From Minisyncoccota bacterium (GTDB taxonomy: Bacteria; Patescibacteriota; Minisyncoccia; Phycocordibacterales; JABMNX01), in the NCBI GenBank assembly GCA_965222715.1, contig OZ244961.1, positions 462,277-526,276 on the forward strand: DNA of 64,000 bases. The letters are read 5' to 3'. The position numbers and the translations under genes are program-made. The stretch's first letter is position 1; the number at the start of each line of letters is the position of its first letter. The notes beneath the pieces are model-generated. The model saw only the letters and a program-made list of their open reading frames with translations, ran no database searches and was not told where the DNA came from. Positions 9,821 through 20,016 of the stretch are shown here, one piece after another.

Positions 9821-11614
9821 ATGTGTGGTATAAACGGCTTTAACTGGGAAGATGCTCGGAAAATAGATAGCATGAATGCTTCGACCAAACACAGAGGTCC
9901 GGATCAAAGCGGTCAGTATGTAGGGGGTCGCGTTAGCCTTGGTCATAATCTCCTCTCTATACGTTCAACATCAGAAAAATCCAAACAACCATATCTTAAA
10001 AACAACTCTCCTTGGGTGCTTGTTTACAATGGGCAACTATATAATACAAAAAAAATGCAAAGGGAGTTAGGGTCAAAATACAAAGATGAAGAATTGGATA
10101 CAGCGCTTTTGTTCGGGATGATAGAAAAACATGGGTGGAATTTTATATCAAAAATACAGGGGATGTTCTCTGTCGCACTCTTTAATACAAGAGAAGAGAA
10201 AATCTGTTTGTATCGGGATCCATCAGGTCAAAAAAATTTATATTATTATTATAAAGATGGAGTTTTTATATTTAGCTCTGAAATTAAAGGTATACTGAAT
10301 TCTCATTCAGTAGATATGTCTATCGATGAAGAAGCTGTTGCTATTGCTACAAGTCTCGGGTACATTCCAGGAAACAAGACACTTTTTAAATATATACATA
10401 AATTAAACCTTTCAGAAATCATAAGCTTTGACATAAGAACAAAAAAAATATCCAACAAAATTTATACTAGTCACACAGAAGATTATTATGTAAATACTAC
10501 TAATGTTTTCACTGATCTTGTTACTGAACATCTTCAAGGAAGAGAAAAGACTTCCTTAAACTTGAGTGGTGGATTAGACTCATCAATACTTCTACACGAA
10601 ATGAGCGGCCTAGAAAACGAAGTTTCTACTTATACAAACTTTTTTGAAAATGCGCCAGATATTTATAATGAGGACGCTTTGCTTGCCAGGAAACTCTCAA
10701 AAAAATATAGCACAAGACATACTGAGATAAATATTACAAAAAAGAAATATTTAGAAAACTTAATTGATGCTTATAGCGCTATAGAAGAGCCGAATTACAA
10801 TATAAGTAACCCATCCTACCTATGTACTGCAAAAATAGAAGGGCTGGGTGGTGACGGCAATAGAGTTATATTATCAGGTGATGGTGGAGATGAGTTGTTT
10901 GGAGGATATGAATATTACTTAAAAAATAGAGAAATGGAATATCAACAGGCCATATTAACATCTTTTATATTTAATATTATTAAAAATAAAAGAAATAAGA
11001 CTTGTCTTAATTTTAATAACAGTGTAGATAGATGGTTTTTTTTCAAAGATTTTTATAAAAAATATTTACTTACGCCGCAACACCTAAACACTTTAGCTTA
11101 TCTACATGAAATAACTAAAGAGCTTTTTGAAGTGTATGGAATAAAAAAAGGTTTTGTATATGAATGCATGCTTATGGATAGGTTTATATGGCTTGGTGGC
11201 GAAAATTTTATTAGGTCAGATAAACTATATATGAGTCAGTCAGTTGAATTACGATCTCCTTTTGCTTTTCCTCCACTCAGAACACATTTTGATAAGAAGC
11301 TTACAGTAAATGAATATATAGATAAGGAAGTAAATAAAAAATATATCCGAAAACTATACGATGGTGTACTACCAGACTTTATCCTTAAAAAAGAAAAGAA
11401 AACTGGATGGAGAAACCCTTTAGAATTTTGGTATGACCCTGAAATAAAAAATAAATTTTTAGAAATAATAAGTGACGTAGAATCAAATAAAGCTATTGTG
11501 GACTGGAAAGAAATTAGAAAAATTATAGAAAGATCAGATAGCTGGCCAGGGAAAAATATACATATCTACCTTTCAATAGCTATTCTTTCAAGAAAATTCC
11601 GTGTCTTAATTTAA
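9821..11614 (+). CDS. Asparagine synthetase (glutamine-hydrolysing)-like amidotransferase, AsnB family
   Basis: MCGINGF N-terminal Cys2 class-II GATase. PP-loop SGGLDSS. 597 aa. Confidence 0.75.
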   Translation: MCGINGFNWEDARKIDSMNASTKHRGPDQSGQYVGGRVSLGHNLLSIRSTSEKSKQPYLKNNSPWVLVYNGQLYNTKKMQRELGSKYKDEELDTALLFGMIEKHGWNFISKIQGMFSVALFNTREEKICLYRDPSGQKNLYYYYKDGVFIFSSEIKGILNSHSVDMSIDEEAVAIATSLGYIPGNKTLFKYIHKLNLSEIISFDIRTKKISNKIYTSHTEDYYVNTTNVFTDLVTEHLQGREKTSLNLSGGLDSSILLHEMSGLENEVSTYTNFFENAPDIYNEDALLARKLSKKYSTRHTEINITKKKYLENLIDAYSAIEEPNYNISNPSYLCTAKIEGLGGDGNRVILSGDGGDELFGGYEYYLKNREMEYQQAILTSFIFNIIKNKRNKTCLNFNNSVDRWFFFKDFYKKYLLTPQHLNTLAYLHEITKELFEVYGIKKGFVYECMLMDRFIWLGGENFIRSDKLYMSQSVELRSPFAFPPLRTHFDKKLTVNEYIDKEVNKKYIRKLYDGVLPDFILKKEKKTGWRNPLEFWYDPEIKNKFLEIISDVESNKAIVDWKEIRKIIERSDSWPGKNIHIYLSIAILSRKFRVLI

Positions 11615-12468
11615 TGAAAAAAACCTTTATACAGACAAATAATAAACAGTTGCTCGGTGCAACCCTTGCAAAATATGCGATACAGAAGAATGCGACTCAA
11701 CCAATTGTAGTCGAGATTATTAACGTGGATGAAATTGATACTTTCAAAAAGTTCTCTGGTAAATCTTTTTTGAGAAACGGTAAGGAGCGGGTCTATGACT
11801 CAACTGATTTGCAATCTTTTACTATTTCACGATTTATGCCCCCAGAACTTATGGGGTTTTCTGGTAAGGCGATTGTTATAGACCCTGATATTTTTATATG
11901 TGAAGACATACATCAGTTGTTCAATACAGACATGCAAGGTCACGCTATTATGGCTTGCAAGAAAGGAAACACTTGGGACACTAGTGTTATGATGCTCGAC
12001 TGTAAACAGCTAAGACACTGGCGTGTCGAGGATATTATTTCTCGTCTTTCAAGTAAAGATCTTGATTATGCTGATTTATTTAAACTTAACTATGAGAACT
12101 CTAAGGGTATGATTTTAGAAATGTCTCGCGCATGGAATAGTCTTGATAAGCTTAATGGCGATACAAAAGCACTACATACAACAAATCGACTAACGCAACC
12201 GTGGAAAACTGGTTTACCTATAGATTTTACAAGAAATAAAATGCCAAGGTTTCTTGGAATAATTCCCCGAGAGTTAATACATAAAATCCTTGGTAAGTAC
12301 AATACACACTATCTCCCGCACCCTGACAAAAAAATTATTGAGTTCTTCTTTGCCCTTCTGCGAGAAGCCCTTAAGGAAAAAGTGATCACGGAAGATTTTC
12401 TACATAGAGAGATTAAACTAGGTCACGTACGAAAGGACATGTTTAAAGAACTCAAAAACTTTAAATAA
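11614..12468 (+). CDS. Hypothetical protein, possible GT-A-like nucleotide-sugar transferase (DPD motif)
   Basis: Start ATG overlaps the upstream stop (TAATG). Contains KAIVIDPDIFI, which resembles a DXD motif. No firm family. Confidence 0.3.
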   Translation: MKKTFIQTNNKQLLGATLAKYAIQKNATQPIVVEIINVDEIDTFKKFSGKSFLRNGKERVYDSTDLQSFTISRFMPPELMGFSGKAIVIDPDIFICEDIHQLFNTDMQGHAIMACKKGNTWDTSVMMLDCKQLRHWRVEDIISRLSSKDLDYADLFKLNYENSKGMILEMSRAWNSLDKLNGDTKALHTTNRLTQPWKTGLPIDFTRNKMPRFLGIIPRELIHKILGKYNTHYLPHPDKKIIEFFFALLREALKEKVITEDFLHREIKLGHVRKDMFKELKNFK

Positions 12469-12472
12469 AATA

Positions 12473-13375
12473 TTATTTCTCAACAACAATCCAAATATAA
12501 TCCTCTCTTCCAAGCAGGTGAATGATCTTTCTCAACAGAGATCGTAAAACATTTTTCAAAAATCTTTTTATACCATTTTCTTTCACTGGCTCAATATTAT
12601 TGTTTTCTTGAGACATGCTATGGTTTACTTGATTAAACTTACTCTCATCATCACCCATCCCAATTTTAAATAATAATTCACGAATACTTTGCGTGTATGA
12701 TACAAAATCTCTTTTCCCCGAAGCAACGCTTGTAAAACCAACCTCTTCAAGTAATTTTTGTAAACTTACTGGAGTAAAGTAAAAAAGGTGTTCAGTATAA
12801 ATAAGGTCATGCTTGTAGTTAAGTCTTTCGAGTATATACGAATCAATATTTGGAGTTTCAATGAGTAACCTATCCCCCTGTTTCATAACATCAAATATTT
12901 TCTTTATAGAATCAATAGGGTTATCAAGATGCTCAATTACATGAAAGAGAGTGAAAGTGTGTACTGTATCTTCAGTAAGTATTTCTCTTAAATTGTTTAG
13001 TGTTCCATACCTAACATCTAAACTATTTTCCTTTGCAAACCCTGATGCCTGATTACTTGGCTCAATACCTATTCCGTCTTTATACCCCTTTTCTTTTAAA
13101 GCCTTAAGGAATATTCCTTCTCCTGAACCAATATCACATACAGAATTAAAATCTACATACTTCCTCATCCTCTTTATACGATCAAAAGAATTGAACATCC
13201 TGTCACGTATTTTTATTTCATCAAGCCTTACTAGTTTTTGAGTATAGTGCGATTCAGGTATATCAAAAGATTGTCTCCACACAAGACCACACCTACCACA
13301 CCTGAACATAGGGAGGTCGTTCATGGTTGTAGAAGAGACTGATGAAGTCTCACATATTGGGCATTTATTACTCAT
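12473..13375 (-). CDS. Class I SAM-dependent methyltransferase with N-terminal zinc-ribbon
   Basis: CPICETSS...CGRCGL zinc ribbon. Motif I VCDIGSGEGIFL. Confidence 0.6.
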   Translation of the reverse strand: MSNKCPICETSSVSSTTMNDLPMFRCGRCGLVWRQSFDIPESHYTQKLVRLDEIKIRDRMFNSFDRIKRMRKYVDFNSVCDIGSGEGIFLKALKEKGYKDGIGIEPSNQASGFAKENSLDVRYGTLNNLREILTEDTVHTFTLFHVIEHLDNPIDSIKKIFDVMKQGDRLLIETPNIDSYILERLNYKHDLIYTEHLFYFTPVSLQKLLEEVGFTSVASGKRDFVSYTQSIRELLFKIGMGDDESKFNQVNHSMSQENNNIEPVKENGIKRFLKNVLRSLLRKIIHLLGREDYIWIVVEK

Positions 13376-14507
13376 GCTTCTTTATAAAATGAATTAAATC
13401 ATCAACTTCCTTGGTTACCATTTCAACTGTAATGGATTCCGTTTGCCTTAGAGCTTCGTCTTTATTATACCCTCGTGCATTCAGAATATGTAATTCAGGC
13501 TTTTCTCGATCTGTTGGTATTACAACTCGATGTATATCGCTTATTGGCGGCTGCTCTTTTTCATCCATAGGACCAACAATATCAATAGTTGGCACGCCAA
13601 ATGCTTCCGCAATGTATATTGGGCCAGTATCAACGCTAATAAATAGACTTAGTTTGCTTATCAGTGCTTTTGTTTCATCAATTGACGAACCGGTTGTATC
13701 TATATATTCAACATCTTCAGTAAGTTTATTCTTCATACCTTCTGAGTACACCCCATCATTTGGTCCACCAATAATTAAAATGAGTGCGTTATAGTTTTTA
13801 GCAATATAATTTCCCACTTGTGCAAAACGTTCAATTGGCCATTCTTTAATTTTATTACCAACTGAAGGAGATATACCTACTAACAACTTTCCTCTATGTT
13901 GGACGAGTAATTGTTCAATTTTTTTATCAGCCTCAGAGGAGAAAGATAGGTATTTTTTTGTGTTCTTTGAAAGGATATCAAGTGGCTCAAGAAGTCGTAG
14001 TCGCTCTTGTGGAGCATACGCACCAAACCTAAAATCTTTGGTTACAACAAAATGAGAGAGAAGGGTATATGTGCGAGTAATTATTCCCCTACCCCCAACA
14101 GCAGTTGGGGTAATAATAAAGGGGGTGTCGGACAATATTGCTATCACCAAAGAAATGAAGTCAGGACCTACAACGACGCATACATCAAATTTCTCTTTTT
14201 TAACTTTTTTACTGAAACGTAATATTCCCTCCTTTTCATTGAATACAAAATAGGTGTCAACATCTGTATTCCCATCAAGAAGACTTTTATTAACACCATC
14301 ACCAATAACTCCTATTTCAGAAGATGGGTATTTTTCTTTTATAGCTCGAAATACTGGCGTGGTGCACACCATATCTCCAAGCTTCGCTGTCTGTATAACA
14401 AGTATTTTTTGTGGACTAAGAGACTTTTTATTTCTATGGTTAAAAAACACATGTACTAGTGCAAGAGTGAATAGGAATATATTTCTTAATTGAGCCCATA
14501 TTTTCAT
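13368..14507 (-). CDS. Glycosyltransferase family 9 (ADP-heptose:LPS heptosyltransferase-like)
   Basis: KILVIQTAKLGDMVCTTPVFRAIKEKYP is the canonical GT9 N-terminal motif. Confidence 0.6.
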   Translation of the reverse strand: MKIWAQLRNIFLFTLALVHVFFNHRNKKSLSPQKILVIQTAKLGDMVCTTPVFRAIKEKYPSSEIGVIGDGVNKSLLDGNTDVDTYFVFNEKEGILRFSKKVKKEKFDVCVVVGPDFISLVIAILSDTPFIITPTAVGGRGIITRTYTLLSHFVVTKDFRFGAYAPQERLRLLEPLDILSKNTKKYLSFSSEADKKIEQLLVQHRGKLLVGISPSVGNKIKEWPIERFAQVGNYIAKNYNALILIIGGPNDGVYSEGMKNKLTEDVEYIDTTGSSIDETKALISKLSLFISVDTGPIYIAEAFGVPTIDIVGPMDEKEQPPISDIHRVVIPTDREKPELHILNARGYNKDEALRQTESITVEMVTKEVDDLIHFIKKHE

Positions 14508-14528
14508 ATCCTGATAATAATATAATTT

Positions 14529-15209
14529 TTACTTTTTCAATATAAAATGAAACGTATCGAAGTAAAAAAAACGTGCAAATATATATACTGGTATCGCTAT
14601 ATATCGAAATACACCTAAAGACTTTTGTATTTTTAACAACCGTATATCTAAAACCAAGAAGCCAACATCGTGCATTTTTTGCTTGGCGCGAGTAAATGTG
14701 TCGTAGTACATCTCATCTAAACGTTGTCTACCTGATCTATCTGAATAGTATTTATGTTTTCCAAAAAGTGATATGAATGAGCTCGACATAAAACGTGGAA
14801 TCCAATTTACAAAATATAAATCAAAATGTGGATCTTTGAAACAAAATCGATTTGGCACACTTATATATGCACACCCATTGCTATCAAGCACTCGATAAGT
14901 TTCTTTTAGTAACAACTCTGGATCAGAAACATGTTCAATAACCTCAGCAATATTTATAAAACCAAATTTTTTATCAGAAAAAGGGAGGTTTTCTGCTTTT
15001 CCTTCAATTAAAGTAATTTTTAGACCTTCTCTAGCAGCAACCTCTTTTGTTTTTTTAATATTTTCTGGGTTTATCTCTAATTCAACAACATTACCCCCTT
15101 TTTTACTAATATTTAATACGAAATCGCCTTTACCAGAACCAATATCAAGTATTTTTCTATCCAAGAGATCTGGTATATGTTCTGTGAGGTTTTCTATATG
15201 TGTTTTCAT
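14529..15209 (-). CDS. Class I SAM-dependent methyltransferase
   Basis: ILDIGSGKGDFVL motif I. Confidence 0.6.
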   Translation of the reverse strand: MKTHIENLTEHIPDLLDRKILDIGSGKGDFVLNISKKGGNVVELEINPENIKKTKEVAAREGLKITLIEGKAENLPFSDKKFGFINIAEVIEHVSDPELLLKETYRVLDSNGCAYISVPNRFCFKDPHFDLYFVNWIPRFMSSSFISLFGKHKYYSDRSGRQRLDEMYYDTFTRAKQKMHDVGFLVLDIRLLKIQKSLGVFRYIAIPVYIFARFFYFDTFHFILKK

Positions 15210-15212
15210 AAT

Positions 15213-16310
15213 TTATTTCAAAAAAGAAGTGACATGTTTTACCCTTTCGTTCCAAGTAAATGACTGCACTGCTTTATATGCGGCTGCAGTCTTATCTTTT
15301 GATTCTTTTTCATGTCCTAAAACCCATCGTACTGAATTTGCAAAAGACGTGTAGTCATCTGCTACCGCAAAGTAGACTGTTTCTTCAGAGAGAACCTCAC
15401 GCATACTCGGTAAATCTGAGACGACTATTGGCACTCTTGATGCCATGTGAGCAAATACTTTCAGTGGCGAAGTGTAGAGGCGTGATATTTCACTTTTACC
15501 TGAATTTGGAATAACCAACACGTCTGCTGTTTTTTGATTATACGGCAAATCACGATATGGGAGTGAGCCAAGAAATAGTACGTCTTTATATTTTTTCTTG
15601 AAGTAGTCTAACTGACTTCCCTCGCCAATAACAGCAGTTTGTGTATTTTCAGGGAATTCTTTTGACGCCTTTAGTAGTGTCTCAACACCTTTCCAGGGAT
15701 CAAGTCGTCCAATATACATCACTATTTTTTTATCTTGTGGTAAACCAAGCTTTTTTTGTATTTCTTTTTTATCAACCTCTACATCAAACTCCTCTACATC
15801 AACTCCATCATGTGCTACTAAGATATTTTCTTCAGGTACTTCTTTTTTAATATAGAAATCTTTAAGTCCTTGAGAAATAGTAATTATTTTCTGTAAGCGT
15901 TTTAAGAGTAGCTGAGAGAAGAAATTATTTCGAGGCATGTGTATTTCCCACACTAAATTTCTTCTAATAAAACTAAGTGGCCATAACACAACGTCTTCCC
16001 GTGAATAAATAATGTCTACTTTTTTAAAAAGAACGTATAAGCTAGCAAAAAAAGAAAAACTTATGATTTGGACTAAAAAACCGAATTTACCCAACCAAAC
16101 AAAATCAAGAGATGGGAGTTTTGTGATTTTAAAATTTTTTTTGATATTAAAGTAAGAAAAAGGATTTTCTTTTATGTGATTAAAACGCCACGGAGCAACT
16201 AACGTTACTGTATGTCCTTCTTCCACAAATGCTTCGCACATTTTCATAATTTGAATACCGTGAGCCTTCTCTGTTGGAATACGTGCGTTTGTTAGATAGA
16301 TAATTTTCAT
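15213..16310 (-). CDS. Glycosyltransferase family 4 (GT-B)
   Basis: N-terminal MKIIYLTNARIPTEKAHGIQI. C-terminal GT1 domain. Confidence 0.6.
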   Translation of the reverse strand: MKIIYLTNARIPTEKAHGIQIMKMCEAFVEEGHTVTLVAPWRFNHIKENPFSYFNIKKNFKITKLPSLDFVWLGKFGFLVQIISFSFFASLYVLFKKVDIIYSREDVVLWPLSFIRRNLVWEIHMPRNNFFSQLLLKRLQKIITISQGLKDFYIKKEVPEENILVAHDGVDVEEFDVEVDKKEIQKKLGLPQDKKIVMYIGRLDPWKGVETLLKASKEFPENTQTAVIGEGSQLDYFKKKYKDVLFLGSLPYRDLPYNQKTADVLVIPNSGKSEISRLYTSPLKVFAHMASRVPIVVSDLPSMREVLSEETVYFAVADDYTSFANSVRWVLGHEKESKDKTAAAYKAVQSFTWNERVKHVTSFLK

Positions 16311-18133
16311 ACTATAACGTTATATTTTTTTACCCAAACTTGAAAAGAGATGAGTGCCCAAAGAATAGTTAGGTTATATTCTCTTTTATCGTAATGTGCG
16401 TCAAGCATATTCTGGATTTCAGACCAATTAAATAAATTCTGTGTTGATGTATGATAAGTAGGTGAAAGCACTTCTTTTGCAAGATTATATACCTCTTCGT
16501 ACCGAAGCCATTTGGCACCAGGAGAAAACCATCCACGCTTTGGTTGTGTAAATAAGTATTCCGGCAAACGACCTTTGAACGCTTCTTTCAAGATAACTTT
16601 TGTATCCCTAAGAGTAATTTTTTGGCGAACTGGAATAATGTGAGCAAAAGACACTGTGTTTGTATCAAGAAGTGGAACACGAGCTTCCAGCCCAAACGCC
16701 ATAGACATTTTATCTGTACGAAGTAACGACTCGTCAACCAGCCAACTTCGTATATCGATATCCATTAGTAACGCCTCAGGTGATACCCCTTTTTCTTTTT
16801 TAAAGTACTTATTAGAAAAAAATTCTTTTGTACGACTATTTACGTATTTATGAGCAATAACTCTTTTTAAAACCGAGTCTTTTTGAAACATAAAAAGTTC
16901 AAATTGATCAATCCCCTCCTCAGTGTTTAATTTTCTAGCTATAGAAAAATAAGAAAGCATTTTCCGCAGGGAACTGGGTATACACTTTTGATACAGTGAC
17001 ATAAAATATGCAATCCGATACCGTTCATACCCACCAAAAAGCTCATCCCCGCCATCGCCCCCAAGTACAACATCGACCCCTTCATTTTTTACAAACTCGG
17101 CAAGCTTATACTGAGCAATAAGTGTTGGATTTGCTATTGGCTCATCAAGTTGATAAATAGCTTCTTTGAGCGCATCTACCACATCAGTGTGAGAAAGTAA
17201 CACTTCATGATGTTGTGTATGATATTTTTCAGCGGTTTTGCGGGCGAGGTAAAAATCTTTATTAAATTTCTCTGATTCTTCATCTTCTTTTAAACTAAAA
17301 CCAATTGAAAACGTTTGTATATCTTTACGTAGTAATGACATAACATCAAGAACGATACTGGAGTCAATCCCACCAGAGAGATATATACCGACCGGTCTAT
17401 CAGACACAAGTTGTCTTTTAACGCTTGATGAGATATTTTGTCGCACCTCCTCTTTTGTTACTTTTTTTACCACTTTACTCCCATCTAAAGAGTAGTATCT
17501 TTCAATCCTTAATTCATTATTTGAGAGGGTTCCTTTGTGTCCAGGTGGTACTTTAAAAACATCTCTAAATAATGTTAACGGCTCGGGAACATAGAGTACC
17601 CGAAAATAATGCTCAAACGCTTCTGTATTTAATATCCGGGGTATATTGTGTTCTAAAACACCTTTTATTTCAGAAGAAAATATAAACACTCCCTCCTTAA
17701 AATAGTAATACAGAGGTTTCACCCCAACCTGATCACGTGCAAAAAACAACTCTTTTTTCTTTACGTCCCAAATTGCGAATGCAAATATCCCGTTAAATCT
17801 ATCAACACACTTACTTCCCCACCTCTTATACGCAGCGAGTACAACCTCAGAATCACTCTCCGTCCGAAATACATAAAAATTTTCCAACTCACTTCTTAGC
17901 TCTTTAAAATTATAAAGTTCTCCGTTGTACGTAAGTATAATCTCTTTATCTTCACTATACATAGGTTGGTTCGCCTCTTCAGAAAGATCAATAATGCTCA
18001 AGCGATTGTGTCCAAGAGAGATTTTTTCATCAGTAAAAATTCCTGTACCATCAGGACCTCGATGTTTTGTAACGCTATTCATTGCTGTAATAAGCTCTGC
18101 GTCCTTAAAATTAAATCCGTTTATTGCGCACAT
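16307..18133 (-). CDS. Asparagine synthetase-like amidotransferase, AsnB family (second copy)
   Basis: MCAINGF plus SGGIDSS PP-loop. 608 aa. Overlaps the downstream GT4 by 4 nt. Confidence 0.75.
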   Translation of the reverse strand: MCAINGFNFKDAELITAMNSVTKHRGPDGTGIFTDEKISLGHNRLSIIDLSEEANQPMYSEDKEIILTYNGELYNFKELRSELENFYVFRTESDSEVVLAAYKRWGSKCVDRFNGIFAFAIWDVKKKELFFARDQVGVKPLYYYFKEGVFIFSSEIKGVLEHNIPRILNTEAFEHYFRVLYVPEPLTLFRDVFKVPPGHKGTLSNNELRIERYYSLDGSKVVKKVTKEEVRQNISSSVKRQLVSDRPVGIYLSGGIDSSIVLDVMSLLRKDIQTFSIGFSLKEDEESEKFNKDFYLARKTAEKYHTQHHEVLLSHTDVVDALKEAIYQLDEPIANPTLIAQYKLAEFVKNEGVDVVLGGDGGDELFGGYERYRIAYFMSLYQKCIPSSLRKMLSYFSIARKLNTEEGIDQFELFMFQKDSVLKRVIAHKYVNSRTKEFFSNKYFKKEKGVSPEALLMDIDIRSWLVDESLLRTDKMSMAFGLEARVPLLDTNTVSFAHIIPVRQKITLRDTKVILKEAFKGRLPEYLFTQPKRGWFSPGAKWLRYEEVYNLAKEVLSPTYHTSTQNLFNWSEIQNMLDAHYDKREYNLTILWALISFQVWVKKYNVIV

Positions 18134-18137
18134 GTTT

Positions 18138-18569
18138 TTAGAATTTGTTGAGTAAATTAATTCCGTAAATAAAGAATTTTGCTCTACTTGGGCTTGTGTA
18201 GTGTCGTATCACAACTTCATTAGTCACTGGTCCCTTAATTAAGTAATGTTTTGTGGGAAGTATTTTTAAATTCTTAAGTATTGTGGCATAGCATGCTTGA
18301 TCAGTAAATTTTTTATGCATGTAATCTGTTTTTGCCAAGTAAGAAACGAAAGTATCAAAATCAAAGTTCTCGCGATTGTATAGCACAATACCTGAGTTAG
18401 CATTTGCTACCCTCTCGGATGTTTTGGTTCCATCCTTAAACTCAACATGTATGTATACATCTTCACCATTAGACATCATGAGAGACCTTTCAGCACCACG
18501 TTCAACCTCTTTATCAATTTCTATTGGTTGATGAAACCAAAGAATATCTGAATCTAGGATAAGTAACAT
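18138..18569 (-). CDS. Hypothetical protein with DXD motif (LILDSDILWF); possibly the C-terminal part of a disrupted glycosyltransferase
   Basis: 143 aa. An adjacent 91-aa ORF (18755-19030, same strand) may be the N-terminal part of the same gene. Confidence 0.3.
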   Translation of the reverse strand: MLLILDSDILWFHQPIEIDKEVERGAERSLMMSNGEDVYIHVEFKDGTKTSERVANANSGIVLYNRENFDFDTFVSYLAKTDYMHKKFTDQACYATILKNLKILPTKHYLIKGPVTNEVVIRHYTSPSRAKFFIYGINLLNKF

Positions 18570-19032
18570 TTTTTTGTCAGAAACAAAATACGGATCAATG
18601 AGTTTCTTTGATTGAAATTTTGTATATGTTTCTCGAAATTTTTTTAAAGTTGGATACGCGTTAAGTTTCTCTCCGTGTATTTCTAAAAAAGTATTGTTAT
18701 CAACAATAGTAGAAGACGGGAAGAGTCTTTTAAATATCTTCTTATCTTCCCTACTTAAAGTTCCATCATTATGTAAAAAAGCTTTCCGATTGACTGGGCA
18801 ACACTATAATAGGAGGCAAGAGACCAAAGAGCAATTAAAAAATCTTGATGGCCAGTGAGCATATGTATTGATAGATCACCATTCGTAATAGGTTTTTCAA
18901 AAGATTTTTTTGATTTCAGAATTCTTGGTGCAACAATATATCTCTGCCAAAGGAAAAAGAAACCTCGTCGTATACCATACAGAGAGAATGCCAGTTTTAT
19001 ATAAAAAATTTCACGCTTAATTTTTTTCATAG

Positions 19033-20016
19033 CTATACTATATGTTTGGAAAGAAGTTGTATAAGTTTTTGTAAAGAATGTAGCTCAACAATGTAGCTTC
19101 TTGTCTCCTTTTTGCTATTTAGCGCTTCGGTAAAGCTGTGGTTTACAGGATATTCGGTATCGTTAAAAGCCTCATTGGTGGTATAGACCGGTACATTCAT
19201 TGAAAGTGCTTCAAGAACAGCCTTATCAAGGCTCCCAGTAACGCTAAGATTAATGAATACTTTCGCCTTCGCATAAAATGGTGGTAATTCACCTTGTGGC
19301 ACATCACCAACTATTTCAACTTGATTATTCAATTCTCTCTGTTCTACCTCATTCAGAAACCTATCTCTATATATAAAATCTTCTTTAGTAACAGGTGAGC
19401 CAACAATGACTAGCTTAAAAGAAGGATAGTCCTTAAGTATATCAAGCATCTTAATAATTTGTTTTGACTCTGAAATTCGACCAACTGTCAAAATAGTGTC
19501 GTCTTTTCTGTTAGAATACTTCTCTGGAGAAAATAGTGAAGTGTCAATACCATGCCCAACAACCATAACTTTCTTACTCTTCAGACGAAAACTTTTTTTA
19601 GATGCTGTGAATATAGTATCCACAAACCCCTCTGCAACACGAAGTGAGAATGTTACTGACTTATGCGTATACCAGATGGAAATTTTTTTACCCAAAATTC
19701 TCCACAACAAACCACCGAGAATAACGTACACTTGATTCATATGCACAAAAATTGAATCGTATTTTTTACGTTCTTTCCATATATAACGATAAAAATTATA
19801 TATGTATTTTAATCGTGAAACTCCACCCTCTTTACCCAAAGAAAGTACCTGAACGTTTTCAGGAAGTGTGTACTCACCCTTCTCTAAGCAGATCACAATA
19901 ATGGATTCACACTGTGTTGCAAACTCTTCAATCCATCGGTGGAAAAAGCCGAGAATTGGATCGTTCTTGTCTACTTTCTGTGTACAAATTAAAAGCTTCA
20001 TAGTGATTCCTGCCAA
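19033..20016 (-). CDS. Glycosyltransferase family 4-like
   Basis: 327 aa. GT-B C-terminal region. Confidence 0.5.
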   Translation of the reverse strand: MAGITMKLLICTQKVDKNDPILGFFHRWIEEFATQCESIIVICLEKGEYTLPENVQVLSLGKEGGVSRLKYIYNFYRYIWKERKKYDSIFVHMNQVYVILGGLLWRILGKKISIWYTHKSVTFSLRVAEGFVDTIFTASKKSFRLKSKKVMVVGHGIDTSLFSPEKYSNRKDDTILTVGRISESKQIIKMLDILKDYPSFKLVIVGSPVTKEDFIYRDRFLNEVEQRELNNQVEIVGDVPQGELPPFYAKAKVFINLSVTGSLDKAVLEALSMNVPVYTTNEAFNDTEYPVNHSFTEALNSKKETRSYIVELHSLQKLIQLLSKHIV

